From: Dipteris shenzhenensis
Lineage: Eukaryota
Assembly: GCA_047967505.1 (NCBI GenBank)
Contig: CM106538.1
Length of the DNA: 64,000 nt
Direction: 5' to 3' (one strand)
This document shows, in pieces, positions 39,701 through 51,879 of this stretch. Under the pieces are notes generated by a model, which was not told the DNA's origin, searched no databases, and saw nothing but the letters and a program-made list of their open reading frames with translations. The first letter of the stretch is position 1; every line of letters begins with the position of its first letter. The position numbers were made by a program, and so were the translations under genes.

Positions 39701-40476
39701 ACCCACAAGATACAGATAGGATTCCCATGCTTGGCAATCCCATTGGTGGTTTTTGGAGGCAATACCCAAACATGCAGTTAAGAGGAGGATGGGACCTCTT
39801 GAGAATTTCAATGAGTATCCGCCAAGCACAAATCACTCCAAACATCAGCATGAAATTGGAGCCACAGCCTGCTTGGCATAGACCAAAGCTACTAAATGAA
39901 AACTACCTCCTTGAATACATGCAGGATCCATCTTCCTTTCACACGCATCCCACATTTGATGCGGTGCCCCATCGCTACCGGTGGGATGCCAATCATCATG
40001 ATCCAGATAACGCAGATGCTCCTCGCAATTGGCCATTAATCAATAGAAACTCTAAAATCAAATGGACAAGGTAGGAAACACTCATCAGAGCCTTGGACAG
40101 ACATGCATCAATTATGCAAAGCAGTTTTGACAAAACACTGAAGGAAAGTGTAAGATATAGTGAAGCCTTAGCAGTCATCCTGGAGGTGTCCCTCACCATT
40201 GACGACCATTTGCCCAACCTCAGCTTCAATCCAAATCAATAGATAGATGCTCAAACAACAAGTCACCTCTTTCAAAAGGCCATATCTCTTCAAGGGCGTC
40301 ATGTTTGCTTGTTTGAAGAAATGGTTGACATTGGCTTCTTAAAAACTGAGCAAGCAATCTATGATGTTCGTGGATTACAAGGAAAAAATTGACAAGAAGC
40401 TCGCTCCATCTATCACTACCGCCATCTTTACCATACTCATTGGGTAAAGACAACCGCATCACAACATCATCTGTAG
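36718..40476 (+). pseudogene. Long extra ORF downstream of pol (env-like position), function unknown
   Basis: Chain of same-strand ORFs (36870, 37567, 38176, 38615, 38909, 39628) linked by single stops or frameshifts and ending about 40 bp before the PPT. Homologous to 56114-58257 and 43935-44905. Confidence 0.75.
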
Positions 40477-40750
40477 ACCCAACCATAACCCGAGGATGGG
40501 TAATCAAATTGGTTTAGGGGAGTTGTTAACCTTGTGGCAACAAGGGCCAGAAGTGTAGTCTAGGACAACAACTATGAGAGCATTGTGTGTGTAGAGTAGC
40601 GACAAAGCTCTACTTGTAATATCTTGAGCTTGAAAGATAGTATGATAAATCTTAAAGGATGAGGATAGCCAAAATCCTCTCTAGAAAAGATCCAATCATA
40701 CTTGCAAAATCAAGATCTAGAGAGAAAAACACTAAAAGCCTACACTTTCG

Positions 40751-40870
40751 GAGGTCCCTCCACTTTGTGTAGAGACCCAAAAGGTCCTCCCACTTTGTGT
40801 AGAGACCCAAAAAGTCTGCCCACGTTGTGTAGAGACCCAAAAGGCCCCCACAAAAGTGGAGGGACTCCTG
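40751..40870. repeat. 30-bp tandem repeats in the 3' LTR of element 1
   Basis: cactttgtgtagagacccaaaa-containing unit occurs three times, with a partial inverted copy (aaagtggagggac). Confidence 0.9.
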
Positions 40871-41057
40871 TCCAAAAGGTCTCCTACAAAAGAGGTCCGA
40901 CCACGGAGGTACTTATGGATTGTGTAGAGACCAACATGTATAAATATCTCTCAATGGAATGAAGCCCCAACTCTTTGGGGTTCAGTGTTCAAGCTCACTA
41001 TTGTGTTCATGCGATTGATCTCCATTGCGTCCATGCTCTCTTACACTATCGTGTTTT

Positions 41058-43930
41058 AGGGCGATAGTCGGATCAACGTAGTCGGTGGAACCGACTAGTC
41101 AACCTAGTCAGTGAAGCCGACCAATCAACCTAGTCGATGGAATTGACTAGTCATCCATGGAATATTTAAGGAATATTCCCTATACTGTCGCCTTAGGGGC
41201 TCTTGCCCCCGAACCCCCACTAGGGGGGCCAGCTGGCCCCCAGGCCCCAGCAAGAATAAGGGGCTCCCACACAATCACCTTTCTACCATCAATAGTCTCA
41301 TTGTTTTTTATAGACCTCATCTGACATGCAAGTCAGGATCCATCCAGTGTCTCGAGCTCAGACATGGCTTCTCCTCATATGGGGGCCTTACAACTTGAGC
41401 ACCTTGGACCACTAGTGGTTACCAGGACGGTGGGGCGTTGAGCATATCTAACATCCCCCTCAATGTCCACCTGCAAGTGAACTGAAAGTGAACTGCCTTC
41501 TCAGCCCAATGCTGAGTCTCTGAAGATGACCCTGAAGCTGATCCTTCCCGAGTGCCTTGGTGAAGATATCTGCTCCATTTTGGTCTATTGGGATAGTAGA
41601 TCAATTCCACTATCCCGTCCTCGATCAAACCATGCACATAGTGATACTGAATCTCTATATGTTTTGTGCGTGCATGAAACACTGGATTTTTAGCAATGGC
41701 CATGCAACTTTGATTCTGCTGAGAGATGAAGATCTTGCCTAGCTCTTGCCAGACTTCAACCCCCAAACAGTAGTGCATCAAGCCTAAGTTTATTATTTCA
41801 AACTTGTGCTCAATGCCTTTCTAGTCTGCTATATCATGTCTTCATAGTCACCTGTAATAAGGAGATCATCCACATATAGAACAATAATAGTAGATTTTCC
41901 ACCTTTCCTATACACATACAAGTTAGCATCCGGGGCACATCTTTTGAAGTTTAATTTATGAAAGAATTTGTTTATCCGTTGGTACCATGCTCTTGGGGCC
42001 TGTTTCAGCCCCCGTACAGAGCCTTCTTCAGCTTACATACCTTGTTCTTGGGATAAGGGGCCTCAAACCTTGGTGGCTAACCACGTACACCTCCTCCTTG
42101 AGGTCACCATTCAAGAATGTTGATTTAACATCCATTTGATAAACTGGCCACTTTTTATGAGCAGCCACCGATAGTACTATGCGAATAGTGGTCATTCTGG
42201 TAGTCGGAGCAAAAGATTCCTGAAAATCAAACCCTTCAACCTATGAAAATCCTTGTGCAACCAATCTGGCTTTGTACTTTTCCAAAGTCACATCAGCCTT
42301 GTACTTTACCTTCCAAACCCACTTGGTGCCAACAACCCTTGTGTTAGGTGGTCGATCTACCAGCTCCCAAGTTTCATTCTTCATGATGCTGTCATATTCT
42401 ACTTGCATAGCGTTTTTCCAATCTCAGTCTGCAAGTGCTTCCTCCAAACTCGTAGGCTCCTTAACTTCTGCAATAATCTCAGCCATCAAGGCCATATTGA
42501 CTATGTGAGCAGAAGCCCTCCTTTGCTCCTCGGTTCTCTGAGACCACCTTGGTCCATCTGCATGCTGCTCAATAGACATAGGCATCTAGTTATCATGGTC
42601 GTAGAGCTACCTTACCCATTGCGGCAATGGCTTTTCCAGTGGTGTAACAATAGGTTGGTGACTTAAACCTTCATCATCTGATATTTCCTCCTCCTTTATA
42701 ACTCCTGGGACAAGTCCATAGTGAATTACCTCTTCGCTTGATGATAAAGTGGAGAGCTCTTCTCTATCTCCATTGCATGTGGCTGCTCCCTGAACACCAC
42801 ATCGCGGCTCGCTATGATCTTCTTTGCCTCTTGGTCATACAACTTATAGGCTTTCTTCTCATCATAATAGCCTAAGAAGATACATTTGATGCTTTTTGGT
42901 TGTAGCTTGTTTCTCTCTTTGTCTGGTACATGCGCATAGCATTCACACCCAAACGTTCTAAAATGGGAGACAGATGGCTTCTTACCGATGTAAGCCTCGT
43001 GGTGCTTTACCTTTGAGTGCCTTTGTATAGCTCTACGATTAAGGATGTAAATTGCAGTATTGACAACCTCAGCCCAAAAGTGGTTTGGCAGTCCAGCACC
43101 TTTCAACATACACCTCCCCATCTCCACGATGGTCTGCATTCGGCATTTAACAACCGAATTTTGTTGAGGCATATGTGGTGTCGTCGTTTGTCGCTTGATC
43201 CCTTTGCTCTTGCAAAAATCTCCAAACTCTGTATAAACAAACTCACCACCACCATCCAATCTGATTTTCTTCACTTTTCTCCCTGTTTTGCTGTAGCCAT
43301 TCTTTAAATTTACCAAAAGCTTGAGCCTTTTCACGAAGAAAGTACACCCATATTTTCCTACTATAGTCGTCGACAATCAATAAAAAATAGGAAGATCCCC
43401 CCAAGGCCTGTGTAGGCATCTTACTGCACAAGTCAACATGCACCAACTCTAGAGGAGCGTTTGCTCTATTTTTGCTTTCTTGTGGGAATGCCTTTCTCTG
43501 TTGCTTGCCCATCATGCAAGCTTCACATGGCTCTTTGATTTCTACTACTGCAAGTAAGTGAGCAACCATACCTTGCTTCTACATCTCCTTCAGCACTGCA
43601 AATCCAATGTAGCCGAATCTTTCATGCCAAAGTCTGCTTGTGCCCACTCCAACAGTGGCTGTAAGAGCACTTAGCTCATACAGGTTGTTTGTTACTCCTT
43701 ACTCCTGTGCCAACAAGATTGCCAACACTATCCAGAATTTTGGCTCCTGTCTTGTTGAACCTCACCTCATGGTCAAGGTCAGTTATGGAAGCAGTTGATA
43801 GCAAATTTCTCTTGATTTGTGGAACATACAGCACATTAGATAGTTTCTTAACATCTCCATTTACAGAAACAAATGAAACCATACCTATACAAAATACTGT
43901 GTCATTTTTTGCTGATGGAAGCACAAGTAG
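41058..43930 (-). mobile_element. Ty1/Copia element (protease, integrase, RT, partial RNase H, PPT, truncated 3' LTR)
   Basis: [103 protein letters not shown] precedes TGTTAG at 41453. Confidence 0.95.
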
Positions 43931-43934
43931 TGTC

Positions 43935-44905
43935 GAACGTGATGACGAGGCAAGGAGAGAATCTGGGGACATGGGGGAGAAATATGGCAGAGTGTTAGTT
44001 GCAGAAGGGGGAGTAGAGGGGAGGGGGGGAAGAACTGGGCAACTGGTTTGAGCAGCTTGGTAATCCTTAAGGGTAGGATTAGCAAGGGAGGGGAAGAAGC
44101 TAGGTGTAAGGGGCTCATAAGTTTGTGACTATTGGGTTAGTTGAAAATGGTAAGAGGCATGAGCAAAGAGATGATGGAGGAAATAGATATTAGGATGGAG
44201 CTCAGGGAAGGTTAAGAGGGTGGTAGCAGCAAGGGTAAGTGAGGTTATGATGTTGGCAGAAAGAGTGGTTAAATATGGGAAGTTGGATGTGAGATAGGTG
44301 ATGTCATCTTCCGACACTTCTTTTTGCTGGTGCGATGGGATCATCAGCTACATGGGTGGGATGTCGGTTATGTTTTGCCTTGCAAATAATAGTGATGGCC
44401 TTTGTAGCAATGGCAACAAACTTGCAATAACTCTGAGGGGAGAACTACCCATGAGGCATACATATGCAATGAAAGCATCCATCCTGAGTGCTATAAACCC
44501 AGCATGTGTAGACAAGCAAAAGAGATTTTTCTCATCTTCGGACAAGTCTTGGCAAATTATGCATAGGGTTTTAGTCCTGATGGAACGTTCCCATTTGATT
44601 GTTGGATGAGCAGATATGATCCTTATTTGGAGTTGCTTCCATTCGATAAGCACACGTGCGTTGAGGTGATCTTCCACTTGATGAGCAGCCACAAGCTCTT
44701 GGTACACCACCATTGTGCATTGTAGTGGGGCTTCACTGGTGTTGTCTTCCAATGCCTCATTGTTGTGCACTAGCAATTGGAGTTCAAGCTTGGAGATGAT
44801 TATCTTTTGGGAATGCATCTCATTCATTTTTTCTTTGTATTGATGTAACAAGTCGTTTTGGACCTGCATTGTGTCTTGGCTTTCAGAGTACATGAACATC
44901 ATAGG
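43935..44905 (-). mobile_element. Third copy (fragment) of the Athila-like extra ORF
   Basis: IISKLELQLL...YQELVA...WKQLQI...CLMGSSPLRVIASLLPLLQ is homologous to about 38740-39430 and very similar to 58050-58257. Confidence 0.85.
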
Positions 44906-44939
44906 AACCCCCTATGATGCCAGCAGATGACTCATGTTA

Positions 44940-45310
44940 GAGAGATTAATAGATGCATTGTTCACATGCAAGATGATGCCTAAATATTTCTTAAGTGGGC
45001 ATTCAAATATTTCCATGTGTTTATTTAGGGTTGTTGGGAGTAGCTACTAAGGGTGAGAGAAATGCCAATTGGATGCTTCCTGCATTAAGAGGACTAGCTT
45101 GTGGTGTGTATAGGCAAGAATATTGTGAGTTCCTTGGTCCATAAGGTGTATAGGCATGAATATTTTGAGAGGCTTGGTCCATAGTGTGTAGTTTCAGATA
45201 CTAATAGAGTAGTGCTTTTGAAATACTTAGATAAATTTTGGAACAACAACAATATGCACAACAATACAAATGCACTCTTCATTGAGGATACTACATACAA
45301 AAGGTTCTGT
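44940..45310 (+). pseudogene. FCP1/NIF-like (HAD family) phosphatase-domain fragment
   Basis: IFLKWAFKYFHVFI*GC, then VYRQEYC (40-bp tandem duplicated), then VLLKYLDKFW...NTNALFIEDTTYK, resembling the FL..F.V.IWS and LK.L..W...NTLLIDDSPYK motifs. Confidence 0.55.
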
Positions 45311-45389
45311 TAGACACTCTCTCCTAGTTTGTGTAGGTAATTAGAAGCACTATTCATAGATGAGGAGCTTTGGGAATCCCTCAACATTT

Positions 45390-46900
45390 TCAGGGGAGGA
45401 TGGCTTGATTTTGTCCTTCTTTCAAAACTTATAGGAGCTCATTCTTACTCCTTTTTGACTAGCTTGCCACGAGATTTTTGATTCGGGATCTCTCCCTTAG
45501 CCCTTGAGTCAAGGGTAGATTTGCTTGATCTCGAAGGGGGGGACAGGACATTAATTTGCTAGTGGAGACCAATCACCCTACTGGACATTGCATACAAGAT
45601 CTTAGTGAAGGTCTTGAGCTTCCAGTTGGGGCCCCACCTCTCGAACATTATTCATGATATGAAGACAGGCTTTATTTAGGAGTGCAACATCTTGAACAAC
45701 ATCTTTACCGTTTGGGAGGTAGTGGACTAGGCCAGAGAGAAGCCACAACCTCTCACTATCCTTGTCTTGGATTTTGGGAAGACTTATGACAGGTGGTCCT
45801 TTTTGGAGGGCACTATGCAAAGGTTAAGCTTCTTAGATAGATGGATTGAAGAAGTCTGTGGTCCCTATGTGTAGAGTTCTAGCTAGAGGATCATTAGAGG
45901 TCACACAAGCAAGGTCTTCTATCTTTCTTGCTTGGTGTGTCATGGTTGTCCCCTCACTCCTTTCCTCTTCCTATCTGTTGTTTGCTGAGGAATTGGGCTA
46001 CTTTTTACATTCTTAGGTGGCAAGCCTTATAGAGAGGAGGCTTACGATCAAGCAAGAGGATGAGCTTCTTGATTCAAAGTTTGTGGATGGCATGGCCCTA
46101 TATGTGGAGGGATCAATAGTGAGCCTTTAGACAGTCCAAGGAGCCTTGGCTATTCAACTGCGAGGCCTCTGGGGCTTGGATCAACTAGACCAAGTCTATT
46201 GGATTCTTCATAGAGGTAGAGGAGGTCCGAGATTGGAGGTCTCCTTACGGATTTTGTGGATCTCACAGGGACAAATGATGAAATACCTTGACTACTAGGT
46301 GGATATTGGTATCATGGCAGAGCAGTAGATTGCCCCGGTACTAGAGAGTGTTCAGTGCAAGCTTTTGTATTGGAGCTTAGACAAACTCTCCTTAGTAGTC
46401 CGCACCTTGGTGGCCAACTTGGTCCTTCTTGCCACAGCCTAGTACATAGCCCCCTACTAGTTCATTCATAGGGGGTGCATGGGACAACTTGGTGTGCAAC
46501 TTCCTATGGGAAGACTGGATGGCACAAGTAATACCAGAGCCAGAGTTGCTTGGTAGAGAGTGATCATGCCACAAGCTTTAGTAGGTTTGGGCATCATTGA
46601 TCTAGAGATGTAGAGAAAAACCCTTCTGGGAAAGTTAGTCATGCGACATCTTACCTTGGGCATAGAGCCTTGGAAGATCCTCCTTTAGTGTGGGCATCTC
46701 AAGAACACCCCCCCACACACAAGAGGATAGTGGCAACAGTTACATCGGTGGATCTTCTTGGAGGCCCCGCTCACTAGGAAGGGCTACCATTGATGCAGAG
46801 CCTACGCAAAGTCTAGAAAATACTTATAGAAGGACTCATATGGGCTTGCCCCCATTGCAAAAAGGAGTTTGAGAATTAACCCCTGATTTTGGCACCTGGA
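45390..46900 (+). mobile_element. L1-clade LINE reverse transcriptase region, decayed
   Basis: WRPITLLDIAYKILVKVL, TGFI, HGCPLTPFLF, SKFVDGMALYV (FADD site), IN*TKS, KYL. Confidence 0.85.
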
Positions 46901-47949
46901 AATCCAAGATCATGATGGCCTCATGCTTGGGCAATGGAACAACATCACCCTGGCATAATGGGACAAGGTATCACCATTGTCTAGGCCCTTTGATACATTT
47001 TCCATTGGTGTATATTTTGCACATGGGATTCATGTATGATAACATCAAGATCTTAACCTCTCAATGCTTTTATCATTATTGTAGGTGTGTTGGTTGACAG
47101 ATAGACAAATAGAAATGGATGCTTCCTCTTTGTGAGCTGCACCCGCACCCCCCTTCCTATTTATCTTTCCTTCTTGGCCTTCATCTCACCATTGTGACTA
47201 TAATTGGAGCCACGCATTGTGCTAGATCTTCACAAGGGGGCGCATTAAGCTCGCAGCCCCCTCTACATTCCCATGACATTGCCACAATTTTCACGAGTCA
47301 TGGCTATCGTACAAACCAACCTGCCTCCCAAGAGCTAGCTACAAGTAAACCTCATGACTAGCAACAACAACAAGAGGTGCTCCCGTGCCCAAGTATGCCA
47401 TTAAGCCGTTTGAATAGCAGCCCATTATGTGGTGCATTTGAGCAACAACTAGCCTTCATTGCATGTATCCATACTCTAGCCTCTCTCATCGAGGTTGGCA
47501 AGAAGTGACCCACGAGCTAAATCCCCTTTCAAATGTACATCCAGCCCCTTTGAGCCCCTTTTGTTGAAGGCAAAGCCTCAAAGCAAGCTAGCAACTCAAT
47601 TGTGCATTCCATTCCCATCCAATATTGAGAGCTTGAGCTTGCTTGTGCAAGCACTTCTTGTTGATTCCCCCTTCAACCTTCCTCTACTAAATCACCTCCA
47701 AGTCTTCTCCTATTAAAAGGTTTAGCTAGAGGCTCTTCCTAGGCTAGAGGCTCTTCCTAGTCTATGACACGATCGAGACATTCCTAGGCTATGACACAAT
47801 CGAGGCATTCTTGGGGGACCTTCTCCTCATGGGTGCTTTCTTTCCACCTTCCTCTTTCCGATTCTCTCCTTTCAGGGGGAGGTGTAGTTTGTGGTGACCT
47901 TTGGTCTAGCCAGAAGGTCTCTATGGTAGCACCCTCAATCCCCACAACT

Positions 47950-50460
47950 GTCAAAGTTCTTCTTTCGGTGTCGACGGATAAGCAATAGGTATAGCATGTA
48001 GTGACTCTTCTTTAGGCCATGGTAGTTATAGGAAGAATAGTTGGCCTCATTCCCTTGAGGAGACAAATTATGGATGCGATCCAGGCCAGCCTATTGGCAC
48101 TAAATAGTGACCACATTCAAGAGGTCACTATTTATGGATGCAGTATTTTCCTCCTCTAGCTTTTGGCTCCTTGGATACTGCTCTAGCTCTCGTGGAGAGG
48201 AGTCCACAAGATTCATGGATTCATGGAGGACATGGATTTGACTCATCATGTTCCCTACTTTCTTGTGATGGTCCACTTCTTGGGGCTTGCAAGGGAGTAT
48301 AGGTCCATCCCTCCCCCCATCTGGCAAGATTTTGGCATAGTTTTAAAGTACCCTTCAGAGTCGGAGATGGAAATGGTGACAAATGATGGATTCTGTCAAT
48401 TCAAGCTAGTGGTATAGAGCCTAGATACCCTTCTAGAGGTGATCCTCTTGGAGACCTTAGAGGGAGGTACATTTCACCAACATTTGGAGGTCTCCAATTT
48501 ACTAGGACAGTGTTTGAGGTGCATGAATAAGGGGCACCTAGCCAAAGATTGTACGAGAGGCCTAAGTAGGGTGCATCCCTCCTCACAGGAGACACTAGTA
48601 CAACATAGTGACATGAGAGAGGGTGGGACTTGGAGACCATCTGGACAATCACAAGAGCAGTTTCAATGACAACAGGTAGAATCCCAGACCCCATGGGTTG
48701 AACCTTCAGAGGGAAGGTGGACCAAGGTAGGGAAAAAGAAGTGAGGCAAATGGGCCAGAAAGAATCAACATCAATGAGCCAACCACAAGAGGCAAGCACA
48801 GGCAACTGCGCAAGCACAAGGAGATCAGGATGGTGGCCCACAGATAGGCATACCATGAGATCCACAGAGAGCCCTCGACTTCATGGCATTCTTCAAACCC
48901 CTTTGGAGGGGAGCCTTCTTGCTGCCCCACAAGATTCCCCATGGGTAGGAGTGGGCACTAGAAACTCTGAGTATTAGTTCCCTTAACCTCCTCAGAGTTT
49001 GGAGGGGGAGCCACAGAGACTATAGGTGCCACCACCATAGCAAACTTCTACGATAGTGGTAGACCTCGCTCAGCCTCCTTCCCCATCCCCCCTGGATCCA
49101 CCTGCCCCCTTGCAGTAACCCCCTTCTATACCTTCCCCACCTCTGCCTTCATTGCATGCCCTCCTATGGTGATTACCCCTATTACCCACCCACCTCCTCC
49201 AGTTCCCTCTCCTTCTCCATAGACTATAGTAGTCTCGCCCGGGGCCTCTTCCTCATGCACCCTGCCAGGTCCGATGGTAGACTCCTCTTTGGGAGGGCAA
49301 AGCTTCTACACCAACCTCTCCTCAGAAGCAACAGCAAAAGGCAGTGCTTTGGGCATGGAGGATACAACTTCTTCTCACAGGGAGGGGTTTCGAGACTGAA
49401 TCCTCAGATCTCTGCATGCGAGCAGGTTGGTCTTTGTCGAGGGAATTTTGGTGGTTGGGACCTTGGAACTATTTGGAGATCCCTGATACTTACCCCATGA
49501 CCCTGGAGCTGACCATTCTAATCTTGCAAACCCAAAAAGGGGGCATTAGCATTGATCCTACATCCACCTATTTTGGATCCTCCATTTTGCCTCCACATGG
49601 GTGGAGAAATGGACTCTAGAACTTTTTGATGTGATGATGGAGCACATGCATACTAGATGATGGACGAGTGGATGGGACCTCAAGGCATGGATCTTTAGCT
49701 GGCCCATGGTGGTTCTGCATATTTTTAGCTTGGATTTTCTCCAGCAAATCCTAGATCAAGCCTAGCCATAGCTATTTGTCATTAGAGACAATTCTCACAC
49801 AACTTCATTATTGGACACTACATCAATGTGCTAACCTCTTTGGTGTAGATGTTTCTTTTATGTAGTGTTGGGATCCAAGGGTTGGGATTGAGCCAATGGT
49901 GACACTGGTTTGTTGGCTCATAGACACAAATTATTCGCCCTCTAAACCCCCAACAAAGTCGCTAAAATTTGGTTCCCTAGAGCAGGCTCCCATGCACAAA
50001 CAAGCCTTCTTTACTACTATCCCATCTCCTTGTTTGATAGTGGTGAGTTGGAATGTGCACAAGGTTCATGATCATGTGCATAGCCAATCTCACAGTACCT
50101 GATTCTCTGCCAAGAATTGCATCTAGCTTTGGTAGGTAGACCAGTTGCTCTTCTCTTGATTCAGGAGCACACGTTTTCAGCAGCAGCAATAGACATTGCA
50201 TGCCATCACCATCTTCTCTCTGGAAGGGGAGTGGAGATCTAGTTTCGAGCAGTTGGTAGGAGCATCAAGGTATGCACCTCAGTATCTCAAGCATTGGCCC
50301 CAGAGGTTTTTACATAGGGCGAACTCATTCTAGGCCACATAGTGTAGATAGGCCTTCAACCAAGAGAGACCCAGATTGGTATCCTGAATATGTATGCACC
50401 TACTTACAAGCAACACCGCCCAGCTTTCTGGCGATAGCTCACATCTTCATTGCATTGATG
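47950..50460 (+). mobile_element. L1-clade LINE 5' part: ORF1 with CCHC knuckle and start of the ORF2 endonuclease
   Basis: ORF1-like VVIGRIVG...CLRCMNKGHLAKDC (about 48510-48552). ORF2 starts LIVVSWNV (about 50035), then LLIQEH and IGILNMYAPT...RPAFW. Confidence 0.8.
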
Positions 50461-51879
50461 AACATCTGCTAGCAAACCACAAACATTACCAAGAGCAAAG
50501 CTCCAAAATTCCCATGATGGAGAGCGCGACAGTCTATTTGTAGATATGGCAGAGGAACTCGAGGTTGGGCTGACTAGGTAGGGGAGGGCGATCAAATGGC
50601 AAGGCTGAATTCCATGGAGGTGAAGCTGAATATGAAGCAGAGATGAAGCCAAGGGTGTTGTAGAAGTGGATGCATTGGAGGGGACGACGGTAGATGAAGC
50701 CGAATTGTTGTGAGTGGTATTCCCTCCCCTCACCCCATATTTAATGGTATTCCACTTCCCTCACCCCTATTCTCCTTGCATGCTATGCTCCTCCTCCATT
50801 CCCCCATTCCTGGCATGCTAGCACCCATGCTCAAGCACCAAACACTTCATCATGTTTCTTGCATTGAATTGGATTCTTGCTAGGGGTTGGGGGCTTGAGA
50901 GTCCAATCATCACATAAAATATGCCTTTGGCTTGGTGGAAACAAAGGAGGATGAGGTTATCCCCCATATCCATGATAGTGTACTTGGGACTACAACAGAG
51001 CTTCCGATAGATGGTGCTGAAACAAACCCACATAGTGAAGCAAAACACACACAACCAATCAATGTGGCTTCTGGCTACTTTGCTAGCTCACCAAATGAAT
51101 CAATCTGAAGAAGCTCTAAACTACTCTCTTGGACCTCTTTAGTGAAGGGAATCACTCAAAGCAATGCGATTGACTCCTACTGTAGATGACAATCGAGCAA
51201 CATTGAGTTGTCACAGGTCCAAAGTGGAGTGTGTGAAATTTGTGTGCAACTTCAATTGTGTTGGTTGATTGATCAATAGCTATAGCTATTTTGGCTATGT
51301 TATATAGTTATGCCCACAGTAGGCTGCATGATTTTTGCATCCAATCTTAGCTAGTGTTATTTAATCGAGAGCTACATGTTCCTATAGTGTTCATCCTTTC
51401 ATTTTGATCCACTTTATATGACGTTCTCTTTTTAACCAGGTTTTGCCACAGTAACCCACAAATGGTATGAGCTTGATAATTGATCTATTATATCTTCTAG
51501 GTGCACTTTTCCAAGAATGAAAATGGATCTATTTAGGGGGGTGTTCGATAAGCCTTCTAGAAAAAAGGTTCCTTTTCCAAAAATGGAATGATTGGAGAAA
51601 AGAAGTTTCAACAAGGTGGAGAGATTGAAAATAAAAGTCTAGGTGACGAGGAGGTATCAAGTGTGAATTAGAAGACCTATCGGGAGTCTTCTAGAGAAGC
51701 AAACACCCATCATGTACTTGCACACTAGAAGATTTGTCTAGAGAATACATCCTCTAATACTTGCGTAATTCTTGCCATCTGTGATGGTAATGGGGAAAAC
51801 TATGGAGAGAGATCAACAAATGAGACAGTTGATCGATTGAGAACTTGCAATCCATATTATAACCTAAATCTATCTAACG

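Larger units (their letters stand above)
31806..41057 (+). mobile_element. Athila-like Ty3/Gypsy element 1 (gag, integrase, long extra ORF; protease-RT-RNase H deleted)
   Basis: Direct repeats at 31806-31957 and 40906-41057. The 5' LTR ends AACA at 32560, followed by PBS TGGCACCGATGCCAGGGA (tRNA-Asp-like). PPT TTTAGGGGAG precedes the 3' LTR starting TGTT at 40524. Both LTRs are truncated. Confidence 0.9.

Noticed and set aside
40751-40870. Regular 30-bp repeats resembling a CRISPR array
   Set aside because: No unique spacers; a tandem minisatellite inside a eukaryotic LTR with no cas genes.
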